Of a stretch of DNA of 64,000 bases, positions 26,960 to 38,888 are shown piece by piece. The notes beneath the pieces were generated by a model. It was not told the DNA's origin, did no database searches, and saw only the letters and a list, made by a program, of their open reading frames with translations. Position 1 is the first letter of the stretch. Each line of letters opens with the position of its first letter. The stretch covers positions 2,294,001 to 2,358,000 of the forward strand of contig NW_027271164.1 of the NCBI RefSeq assembly GCF_040938485.1, in the 5' to 3' direction. This DNA is from Diadema antillarum. Lineage: Eukaryota. The position numbers and the translations under genes were made by a program.

Positions 26960-28409
26960 AGAACTTCATAAAATTCTGTTCATGTTTCTCTTCTGTTTTT
27001 TTCAAAGGCTAGACTTATGGAGAATCAAAGTGAATAAATAGACAAATAATTTCTCGCTACAAAGGCACCATAGAACATAAATGTAGGACTGAAGTTTGCT
27101 TTTGGCAGGATGAAGACGTTGTTCTTATGATATAAATGTCATTTCACTGATACAGCCTGTGTCACACTCTCTGTCTAACAACAGCTTTGCACAAGGTTAT
27201 AAATACTGACAATATTTGATGAAATTTCTGCCAAGATTTCCCTTCATTTCAGATTTTTTCAGACTGTCAACCTATCAACAAACCTGCAATTTATTTTCCA
27301 CAGAAGACTTATAAAGTGGCTGTACTGCTGGCACCAATGACATAACATTCACAAAGATTTGTGGGGTCAAAAAAACTCAATCCATTGTGGGAACATTTTG
27401 CCTCTTTTCCCCCAACTTTTAACACCTCTACCCATTCCCCAGTTTGGGTTCAGCATAGCAAGAACTCAGATGCGATTCTTACAGAACAGTTTCTATTGCA
27501 GTGGACAGGCATACACAATTCAACAAACATACCGGTACTTGTAATGACACAAGCTGGGCTTCCTGGTCTAGCTGACACTGATAATGAATGACAGGATCAG
27601 CTAGAGTGAATACAATTGGTCTTGAGCCAAAGTCCTTCATTGTTGAAAATAGCAATACATATAAACAAGGCATTACCCTCTTGTGTATAATACATAATAA
27701 AAGAACCCAGCTTATCAAACTGTTTATGTAAGCTCATACCCTCCATGTATAACACAGTCTCACTTTTGAAAGCCTCAAGGAAAACGCTTACAATAGTTTA
27801 AGTCTGCCATTCAATGAGAGTTGTACAATTATAGGCAGGAGTTCCAGTATATCTCTACAAAATTGATTTGGTTTTTCTTTTAGTATGGTACTTGATATAG
27901 ATAAAGCATTAGTTAAGGGAAGTGTCACATATCCCATACATTTGGACAAGCAGCTCTGATATATTACTTTATCTTTAAATTGATTTTAAAAAAAAGAATC
28001 ACTCAGAATATTTCCAAGTGCCTTTATTCAGAGCTGTGTATGACATGAAGAAATATGTTAGTAAGGTAATGAAGATTTAAACAATATCTGCCTGAATTTT
28101 CAGCATGTCATCATGCTGCATGGTAGTTTGTAAATCGAGCCTGGTGTCCACTGCAACAACCCTTGTGCAAGGTTTACAAATGTGACCGTGCACCACAAAA
28201 CACACAAAAAGTTGCATCCCTTGATTTGAAGTGAGGACTCAAAAAAGGTGAAATGGTTCAACCAAGTCAATCTTGAGTTTTTCATATTTTCTGAAAGAGC
28301 TATCCTTCTTCTATGTTATTCTTCAGTTTGGTATCTTAACATGAATGGGAAAGTGTGTTTTTACCAGTTTTTCTACAACCCTTTTTGGTGGAAGAGTAGA
28401 ATGATCAGG

Positions 28410-28905
28410 TATGACTTAGAGGTCGCTTTTCATGTCTTGAAATCCTTTACGCACTCTTCACTTTCAAGTCTAATAACTTTTGAAAGAATGATGCTACTGC
28501 TTTGAAATTAAGCAATAATCTTGGGCAGAATGTGCTAATAGGACATGATTAATTTCAGCTTAATCTGATAATCCCTTCATGGTGTCACTGCAAATCTTTC
28601 TTCCTCAATCCCTTCATTGTTGTTGCTCCGATGGTTTACATCCTGTGTTTTGTCCCTTTCATGGCACAGCTAGCACGGCTTGGTAAAAATTAAGCGCTTG
28701 AATAGACCGTGTACCTCAGAGCCTCTTTTCTCAGTTCACACTTTTCCAGAACATGTGCTTTCTTTCCAGTATTTAGGTAGGTTAGGGGAGTCCTTTTGAA
28801 TTGAGTTATACATCATTTTAAAGCTTAGAGTCTGCTCTTTCAGAATCTGCCCTTCACTGAAAATCCATGTCTGGCGACTTTTTGCTGGTTTTGTGGTGCA
28901 GGGTC
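28410..28905. repeat. inverted partner of the 22932-23785 repeat (uninterrupted copy)
   Basis: Reverse-complement similarity over ~480 bp, with the empty TTAA site. Confidence 0.85.
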
Positions 28906-30148
28906 CTAAATGTCCTTGTTCGTTTAGTTTGTACTTCCATCATCTTCTTTATTTTGTATACGTACACTGTATAGTCATACACTGTATGCACTACAATTGA
29001 CTTTCTTTACTAGAAATATGAAATATTACTTCCATTCACACTTGAGGATAATTTTTTTAAGATACATAGTTGAAACATGCTTTCACATAAGGTCTGATTT
29101 GAGGGAAGGAAAGGATGGGCACAAAGTTTGAAACACAGATTCATTGATGTCAGTACCTATCAACTAGCAGCAATGCAAGGTTATTGCCATTACACCAATA
29201 GGGCTTCTACCCCATCTGTGAGACCTTACTCAGAGCCCACAGTGGAATATTCATTACTAAAGTAAAACCAAAGAGCAATGAATGTGTGTTAGATGCTTAG
29301 AGGAAACTTGATACCTGAGGCACTCTTTCATATTTAACATTAATAATGGAATATTTTGAAATTGATTACAGAGTTCACATGGTTATACCTTTGCTGGGAA
29401 TCATTGCTGAAAATTTACACTGTATTTATTTGAAAAAAATGTGCACAAATTGGGTTCCTTCAGTATGCTGTGCAAATGCATGTCACATCATTGGTATCTT
29501 AAAATAAAATGTAGGCCATTTCTACTGTACATATTTGTACCAAAGCATAAAAAAACCCCAACAAACAAACATTGAAGCTTTGACACTTGGTAATCTCATC
29601 CAAACAGGGTTCATATGACTGAATCAAAAAAAAGAAAGAAAGAAATACCCTGGCTGTCTTTGAACCATTGGAAATTATACAAGTGCAGGATATTATTAAT
29701 GTTCTGTGCATCTCTCCAGTATTGTAGGATTATAGAATATACAAATAGGCCTATACGATCTCAAGTATTCCAATATCCTAGATAGGGCATACTACAGGTA
29801 CAGTGTCTCTACATGTACTTGTTGTACATGTACATTGTACATAGTGTAGGCATGCATGGGTCATTATCTTGTAACTTGGCAAGGTTTAGAGTTTGAATTT
29901 GAGTAGAAGTTAACTGGATGGGGGTACCACTGCCTGGCCAAACATTAACTCTTTTGCAAAGTCTATCTGGAAAACATCATACATTTTGGGAATACTTCCT
30001 TATGCTCCCTCCCCCCCCCCCCCCCCCCAATAAGTTTGCCATACCGCATAGCACTCAAGTAGTAGTAGTAGTACACTAGCTTACTGTCATGGATGCACAC
30101 ATTTATCTTTTGGCAAGTGGTGGGGATAGCATGCATTTTTTATGCATA

Positions 30149-30697
30149 CAGTGCACTCTCGTTACAACGAGCACGGTTATAACGAAATTTCGTTACAATG
30201 AAGTAAAACTTCTGGTCCCAAAATTATAGTCATTAAAGTCTATGGTACAAAATTCGCTTATAACGAACGCAGTTATAGCGAAATTTTTGTTATAACGAAG
30301 TATTTTCCGAGCACCACTGACAAAGAAAAACAAAAGAAATGTGCTCCGTTATAACGAAATGCGGATCGCTTTCGAAAATACGTAGCGGAACAAGGAATTT
30401 ACAGACTTCTGCACAGGTGAACGCGTCACATCACTGTGTGTTCGCTTGGTGTGTCACGCAGAGTTTCCAAGGAAAACTTGCGTATTGTAATACAATAATC
30501 TGAAATTGATTAACTATTTGTTTCCTTGTTTACATAGCTTTCCAGTGTATGACGAGAATTCAAAAAACAGAATATCATATAAATGCATGGCTTCCTTGTT
30601 TTCGTTATATATTGTATTTGTTCGGCTATAACGAAATTTCATTATAACGAAAGAAAACTGCCGGTCCCGAGCATTTTGCTATAACGGGAATGCACTG
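30149..30697. mobile_element. Tigger-like MITE, short uninterrupted copy
   Basis: TA-CAGTGCACTC...GAATGCACTG-TA; reverse-oriented homolog of 5499-6981. Confidence 0.9.
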
Positions 30698-30999
30698 TAC
30701 CATCAGCATGATCAGGGGTAGGGTTCGTTGGACGTTGTGTAGAGTGGCAAGGCAAAAATTAAGTGGGGGGGGGGGGGGGGGGGGGTGGGGAGGAAGTCTT
30801 TCCCAAGAAATAAATGAAATTCAAATTAAAAATCAGAAAAGCACCCTCAGAGTGCAGGCCTCCACCAAGCAGCTCATTTTCACCAATGAATGCCATACCA
30901 TGGGCAATACACACAAGCTGAAAATCACCAAATTTCCCAATTAGGCAATATAAAAAGCCTTTTGTTTATATCTTTTTTTAAGATTGACTAGCCTACTAC

Positions 31000-32320
31000 T
31001 AGTACTAGGCCTACTTACCATGCTTACTCATGTGTTACTTCGTGTCTTTAGTGTTAGCTAGGCCTAAATTTACATTGCAAAGCTACATCATCGTACATGC
31101 TTTATTGATAGTCTATTCGCACAGCGTACTTACAGTGTTTGGTCGGGCTACATGATACACCGAGCGACCCGTGTTACATAAATTCGTGAATATGAAGTAG
31201 TATTGAAGATCAGGGACGTGTTTACCGAGTTTGCCAAGCATAAATGTACCCGCCGGCCCAGTAAATTTATGTATGTAGGTCTCGCACCGAAGTCAACTTA
31301 CGTAGCTATAGAGTCTACGGTGATTTCGCTTGGTGTTTATATCTGCATACACACACGTTCCGTTGCGGGTGGGACTAAGTCGTTGGAAGATAGTCCTTGC
31401 CTTGCACTAGGCCTCTCGACGGGGCGGGGCGGGCACCCAAAGCCCTAAAAGTAAAACGGAGGTGGAAGTTCGAAAGCCGTAGGGCAAGATCCTAGGAAAT
31501 ACTTTACGACTGTAGAAAGGCCGACGTCGTCAGCAGTGGTTCACATTCTCTCAACGGTCAACCTGTGGGTATGCATATGCGACAGGGATGTTGGCGATGA
31601 CCGATGACGATGTATAAGGTCGAGTTAGCAGTGGCTGAGCGGGCGCTAGACGAGGTAGCCTAGATCCTCTGAACTTTAATTGACCTCTAGTTGCACAGCG
31701 ACTGTCAACAATCCAAGCTAGCTCTCTCGGCGACTTGGGTAACGCATCGCGGCCGCGCCGGCCGGCCGGGTACGTACGTCGACGACTGTGTGAATGTGTG
31801 TAGCTAGAGGATCTTTGGTGGCACAAAGAGATCTCTTTGAGGTGCATGTGACAATACTGGCCCAGCCGGCATCGTGAAACTTGTTTGCAACTGGTGTCGA
31901 GCACGGTATCGAGCTGTGATAACTGTTGATCTGATAATTGATAAATGTTTTCCTGAGGTCACTCGTATAACTTACAAGCCGTTTACATCGTCTGCGTTTA
32001 TTACAACCACTGAGTAGCCTAGTGCCACCTGACTGCCACCGGTTTGTGGTACCCATCTGCGGGAACTGGTCGACTGTGAGACTGTATAAACGAGTTATAG
32101 AGACGAGAGTTTGATCTAGCTAAAGTCTATCGTTAGGCCTTATAGGGGGATCTTATGGCCTCGGCTCTCGCTCAAACATTAGAATCAACATCCCATTGAT
32201 TTCGAGACCACTTCTTCAGTAAGGGCAGCCGGCAGTACAGTGCCTCTCCGACGTTCTTTCTTAAGGTATACTTCACAGCATCCAACGCCTTGCCACAATC
32301 TCGAGATTTGTCAACATGGC
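31000..32320. promoter_or_regulatory. CpG-rich putative bidirectional promoter / 5' exon region between GGACT-A (-) and the death-domain gene (+)
   Basis: Local CpG enrichment against an AT-rich background, GC boxes (ggggcggggcgggc near 31420), several minus-strand GTAAGT donors (31018, ~31130, 31975), and divergent genes on either side. Confidence 0.55.
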
Positions 32321-33784
32321 AACCAATGCTGCATCGTACTATGATAATGATGGTAGGTCTTGTATCTGTGTTGTTTCACCAGAACCTTGATTTTGTTATG
32401 AAATTATTAGATTTAGGGCCTACAGTGTACATTAATGAGGGATCGTATAGTTTTAGTTGAGACCTAATTTCAGGTTTCTGACATTTTTTGATGAGATAAT
32501 GAGAAACCTCTTATGAAATATGGAACTTCGAATGAGCATGTAATTCCATGAGGAATTCAACGTTTATTTGATGAAAATTGGTTTTAGAAATGGCTGAGAT
32601 ATCCAAAACAGAGCAATTCTATATAAGTGTGGGACCCACACTTTATTACGATCACTTTGTTTTACTTTGTTTTTGGATGTTTCAGTCATTCCAAACCCGA
32701 TTTTCATCAAATAAACTTTGAATTTCTCTTAAAATGGTATGCTCTGTACTAGTACTATTTCATAAGTGTTTTCTTGGTATCTCACAAAAAGTTAAAAGCC
32801 CAATTCTAATCTCCACCAATACTGTACTATCCCTTTAAAATCTAAAACTAAAATGTGAAATAAACATTAACTTCGTGTTGTTTTGTGCATGTCCTGAAGG
32901 CCTACATTGTAAGCTACATTTCCATTTGTACAGGTAGGCCTACATGTAGACCATATAAAATTGTGATTTATACTTGTAAGATGTAGAAGTGGTCAGAAAT
33001 GATGTCATTAACCCAATGTTTACAAGACTTGTCGACAAAAATGTCCTGCAACATCGTCATGGTTTTAGTACCCATGGTGAAAAAGTTCTTATTGTGCATA
33101 TATCGCTGGTGTTGATATGTGTATTTTAAAATGTATGTTGAGTGGACCCCTTTTAAAATCAGCAACCAAGGTACATCTGTGCTGAAAGGACTATCACCTT
33201 ATTTGCTGGAAATAAATGATTTTTTTACTTTGTTGGACCCCTTAACTGACAGAATAGAATCTTCCAAGAACCAAAAGTTTCTTTGCAGTTTCCATAAACT
33301 TGTCTATCAACTCTTTACATTTTATTAATTATCATAGTTTTGGCAATTATCCTTGACACTATTTGTGTGTTTCTTTAACTGGTAATGAAGAGAAAGCATT
33401 CCTCTTATTCTCAATGTAAACTCCTTGTAAAAGCCGTATTCCAGACAGTTCTTGTGTATTTGTGTTTTGTGTATTTTTGTAATTTGCAATTATGTAGGCA
33501 CGCTGAGTGACCACAAGCTGATAACCGTGTCGACCCTAATTGGAAACCGTTACCCTGAGCTCGGCCGACGGCTTGGGATGACTTTGGGACAACTTGAAGA
33601 GATCAGACAATCCTCTCCTGGTAATCTTCAGCATCAGGTATTCACCATGCTTGCTGTGTGGAGGGACATACACCAAGAAAAAGCAACCCTGGGTGTTCTG
33701 CAGGATATTCTGAAAGACTTGGGATGGACATCTGTCTACACTCAGATCAGGAATACTCATGACAACTTTTATGTAGTGTTGTGA
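32316..33784 (+). CDS. small death-domain-only protein, 107 aa; exons 32316-32352 and 33498-33784
   Basis: ATG GCA ACC AAT GCT GCA TCG TAC TAT GAT AAT GAT G|GTAGGT (phase 1) joins tgtag|GC ACG CTG. Product: MATNAASYYDNDGTLSDHKLITVSTLIGNRYPELGRRLGMTLGQLEEIRQSSPGNLQHQVFTMLAVWRDIHQEKATLGVLQDILKDLGWTSVYTQIRNTHDNFYVVL*. It shows the death-domain pattern LG..I..I....P..L..Q...ML..W......AT...L...L...G. Confidence 0.85.
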
Positions 33785-35689
33785 TTGCATAACACCATCA
33801 TAGACTTCCTGTTGTGTCACTGTTTACAAGCATGCTTGCCTATAAGAAACACACATTGAGATTCTATGCGGGACTCTTCTACTTTCGTTGTCATATTTAT
33901 TCGTCATCACATGATAGCTTTCACATGACATTCATGGACTTGGAAGGAAAGTGCATGACATAATTATGATTATAATACTATTACAATGCCACTGGTATTC
34001 AAGAGGAACGATTTGGTTTGACTGGCCCTTTTCTTACAGATAGTGTTGAAATCAAATACAATTCTGTGGAATGAAAATGAAACCTGAAGTTATACATTGT
34101 ATACTGTAAGTTAGAATCAGGCTCTTTGGCGTTGCTCTCGTTTACCACATGAAAATGAAATTCAGGTTTGGATGACATAGGATTATGTACTAAACCCTAC
34201 TGACTATGAACTGCTGTAATTTAGAACAGGGATAGAAAGGGATCAGGATTTGATCTCTACTGAAAATTATTTGAATTGTAAAATGAGTTTGTTTGTTTTA
34301 CCTAGAACTATTCCTACTTTTCTCATGATATTTGCATTTGGATTGATAATGTTACCACGATTACGTACAGCTCAGTAGACTTGGTTGAATGTCATAGAAA
34401 TTTAAAGGGATCGTATATGGATTTGGTTGAGTTGGGGATTCAGATTTTAACTTTTTGCAGGATGCAGGTGTAATTAAACACCAATTATATAAAATATTAA
34501 AGAGCATACAGTTCTAAGAGGAATAAAAAAAAGTTTATTTGAAATGGCAGAGATATCCAAAAAAATAAAATAAAACAGAGTAATTGTAACAAAAAGTGGG
34601 ACGAACAATTTTCCCTTATTATTCAAGTGAACATACAAATAAGCAATCTGTGGTTGAATTTGAAGAAATGCATAATTTGGGATTCCTATGAAAAAATAAG
34701 TATATAAAAGGTGTCTAGACCTACCATAACTTTTAGTATGTATGCCACATTTCCTGTGATATCAAGAGTTTTTGCTCAACTGGACTTTTTGTATTTTGCT
34801 AACCCTTACACGGCAAAAAGAGGCAGATTAAGAGAACCAATGTGCAGAAACCAGGCAGCAATGCCAAGACCCATGGCACAACAATGACAAGTTTGATATG
34901 ATTTCATAGCTCACTATATGTTTTGTTTACCTTTTATGAAACCATCTTGTCTACAGATTATAGCCCGTACCCTTTGTTGATCTTATGCAATTTCTCATAT
35001 GTATGTGACACCTGTGTGTGTGAGTGACTTTTGATTAATTGAAATGTTTGTTATTTTTCTTAAACTGTTGTTATACATTGTACTTTCAAAATCCTTGGTG
35101 TAGCAAAAAAAGGCTGCTGAAAACTGCTTATCCAATTAGTGGCGAGCCAATGTAGTAGAATTGAGTCAAAATTCTTGTTAGCTCTACAGACCAGCACCAC
35201 ACATTGCTTGAAATTCATCACACTTCAAACACATCATAAATGCCCATTCACAACATGCAATAGAGAAGCCTTTTCGAGAATTACACAACAAATCAATACA
35301 CTGTCATGTTCTTGATCAATTATAAGATATACATTTTGTAATGTTTCATCTGGTGAAATTACTTTCTTAAAGAATATCATACATGTATTATAATAAATGG
35401 TTACTGAGCACTCAGATGATGAAATAGTGGCTGGTTTGTCCGTATATTGTCTTTAGAATTGTAAACCATATAAAATTTGCATGAGAGGAGGATTTGATTA
35501 CACCACAGGTTAACGGAATATGATCTGTAGGTAGGTTTATATTAGAATGTATAACACAGTCATCATAATAAAGTGTATACATGTACAAATATATATAGAT
35601 AACTACATAAATAATGCAATGCATTTCAAAAGGAGAACATTACAGTCAACTGAATTATCACCATTCTTCAGTCTTGAATCGTGTTCATA

Positions 35690-35905
35690 GTCATGGTGAT
35701 GATAATAACAAAGATATTGTTGCAACTGATTGACAAATTGCCCTACATCGACGTAAATGAGCACTGAATTGATCAGTGTTTTAGTAGTAGCCATGATAAA
35801 AAATCATGGGCGTACATACACGAGCAGGATTCGAACCTACGACCTCCTGATCACCGGACAGGCGTCATCTCCACTAGACCACCGAGCTTTCGCCCGACAG
35901 CAAGG
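35690..35905 (-). mobile_element. tRNA-derived SINE
   Basis: Minus strand reads GCTCGGTGGTCTAGTGG (A box)...GTAGGTTCGAATCCTGC (B box), followed by a body ending gggcaatttgtcaatcagttgcaa; the same tail motif occurs at ~2232-2292 and ~44480. Confidence 0.75.
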
Positions 35906-36430
35906 ATTAGAACCAACACTTAAAATCAGTATACATATCGATCAAAGATTTAAAAAAAAGGTAGAAATTATCACACTTATAGTACCTCCATAGATAAACA
36001 TCTACGGTTATAAAAACTAATAAAATGTTTAGAAAACATTAGTTCGCACTTTATCCTGCTATGTGCGCTAAAAAGGAAGGATAAAATAAAACTAATCGCT
36101 ATATTGAGCTCGTTAATGAAAATGAGCTAGGTCCGATATGTATCAATGATCGTCATTTATCATTTGAAACTCCGAAATAACCAGTACACTGAGAAAAGCT
36201 CGTTGTAATTAGAACAAACGTAATCTTCATTTGACTCACTTTTTGGGGATGGGGGGGGGGGGGGGGGGTACAGCTGCTCGCATATAGATTTGATGAAGAA
36301 TAGCTACAGACACTTGTATTTTATGAATTAAGCCAAAATAGGAGTAGGCCTACTCATTACGTGGCCATAGGGGAACTCGAATGCCTCCCATGCATGGGCA
36401 ACTCATTCGGTGTCACAACTACCACCAGTC

Positions 36431-36822
36431 CACAGAGATATTCGTTTCTTTCTTTTTTTTTTTAAATCTCGTCGGTCACTCACCCGAAGCAAAGTACATG
36501 TATGTTGCTTCCTGCCACACACCAAAGTGTATCTTATCGCAGTCTGATGAATACGACTTGTGTTGGTCAACTATCAGGTCAGTGTCGGACATGTAGCTCA
36601 TGATCCTCATCGGACGATATTCCCTCAGGTTTTCAATTTCGGTTTTATTATAAAACATCAAATAAAATTCCGAAGACTGTATTTTGGTTTACGTCAAACT
36701 TGACGACAAAATAGTTGAACTTTACAGCAAGGACTAACTAACACTTTACACAACAACTGATTCATATTGACCCCCCCCCCCAAAAAAAAAGAAAAGATAA
36801 ATAAATAAATAAATAAATAAAC

Positions 36823-36859
<37 letters not shown>

Positions 36860-37097
36860 TAATATCGCAACCCGGAAGTGGCACCAGAAATATGAACTAG
36901 GCGCCCACTTTTACAAGTTTGGCGCCGGCAGTGTCCCTAATCGGATTACGCCTGACATGTCCGACACTGACCTGATAGTTGACCAGCTTTACGTCGGATC
37001 AATCAGACTGCGATCCGATACACTTCGGTGGGTGGCCGAAAGCAACAAACTTTTCTTCCGACGAGTGACCGATGATTAAAAAAAAAAAATCTCTGTG
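36431..37097. repeat. imperfect foldback: ~150-bp inverted arms around a ~360-bp spacer
   Basis: ttggtcaactatcaggtcagtgtcggacatgt (left) versus acatgtccgacactgacctgatagttgacca (right); arms ~36431-36594 and ~36955-37097. Confidence 0.75.
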
Positions 37098-38888
37098 TCA
37101 CCGACTATCTGGCCACTGACCGGATAACTATACAGCACCAGCTTTCGACAGGCCAGGGATACAGGGTAAGCTGTTATTCTTTCCCCTCTTTTGGTGTTCA
37201 CTTTGAAGCTACACCCCTTTTAGTTTTAGTTTACCCTTTCCAAATGCCATAAAATTTCACACACAAATGTATTGAGAGGTAATTATTGTGGCGTTCAGAG
37301 GGTGAATAGTATAGCACCGTTTTGGAGTCACTTTTATGACAGTATAATCATTTTACCTCTGCCCATATTTGTGTTACCAGAAACTCAATGCAACTCTTGT
37401 AATATCACTCTTTTTTTTTAACTACATTTTGTATTCAAGATAACAAAATGAGCGGCTATGATGGTGGTAACCACCACTGCTACAGGTTGGCTTTAACGGC
37501 AATCGTCTCAAGATGATTATAATACGGTGGATATCCAAGTGGTATATACTATGGCCCAGCGGCATAGTTCAAAGAATCATTATTTAGTTATTACAACAGT
37601 ACTGAATTAACTTAGATGAGATTATTCTATATAATATTAATTGGAGATTTCTTGAAATTTGCCAAGGATACTTTTTTTCAAAAATATTGTATCAATAGCG
37701 ATAAGTGTAGGAATATGCATCATTAGTAACCACGCAAGGCTGGTTAAATATATACTCGGTAATCGTTATGTATACCTGCAGTACGCTCTGATAATGACCG
37801 CAGGCCCTTCTTATTAATTTACTTTCGCATACCATGCCGGTGTAGGCTTACACTTACCAGTATTATCTATACATCGAGCTTGATTTCGACCATAAGTTCT
37901 CACCAAATAGGGATATTTGCCTGTAGTTTTGACGCCATTTTTATTTTTCCAGGCCAAATTACAATTTGTTTAATCTCGAATAATTTGTGGTGGTGGACAT
38001 TTTGAATGATCTTAAGTTGGTTTAATAAGTTGACGCACATGCCTTTGTAAAAACCATGTTACTTGACTACGGAATAGCGGGCCATGTAAAATAAAAAGGC
38101 TGTTATGCACTCCTAGTCAGAATTCCGAAGGGCTTAATATCTTACTTATGTATCAGTCTTTTATGTGTGCCAAATCTGATACTTTTAGACAGCACTGAAC
38201 AAAATGTCTAAAACTTATCATTTGACTATATTATGCCGCTGAACTATAGGCCTATCTGTAAAATTCATTATTTACCACTTGCAGATGAAACAAAAACCCA
38301 GCTTTAGTGCTTCCAAATAGTTCTAAAATGTGAATTAGGGGCAAAAACAACCAAGTGTAAAATGCCGATTAGTAATGATAATCAATGTTGATTATTGTTA
38401 GATTTGAAAAATGTGAACAATAGTTCTGATAAAATTGTTTCTACATACTAAACAGTCTATACAGTTATGGCTTGCTCAGAAAAATGGTGATATCCCCTAA
38501 CATCTTAGGCTCATTGCGATTTATTTTTTTATATGGTAGGATGTTTTGTGAAACAGCGAACAAAGTTCAGTGTGATAACTCAAAGATTTTTTGAATAACT
38601 GCTCCAAATCATGGTAAACAATAGGTGCTTACCTGTAAATTTTGATTGGAACCAGAAATAGAATGTGCGCATGCATAGTGCGTGCTGACATTATCCCTGT
38701 GAATATGACATAGGGTGAGTTGTTTGGTTGTGTGCGTGTGTGTGTGTGTGTGCGTGTGTGTAAAGCAAACTGCATTTCCGAGGGAAACACAATACCTCAC
38801 ATTATGACACAGTACGATGGGAAGCAAAAAAAAATATATAATTTTGTGCCAACCATAAGTTGTCTACTTGTCATCACAAACTGCAGTC

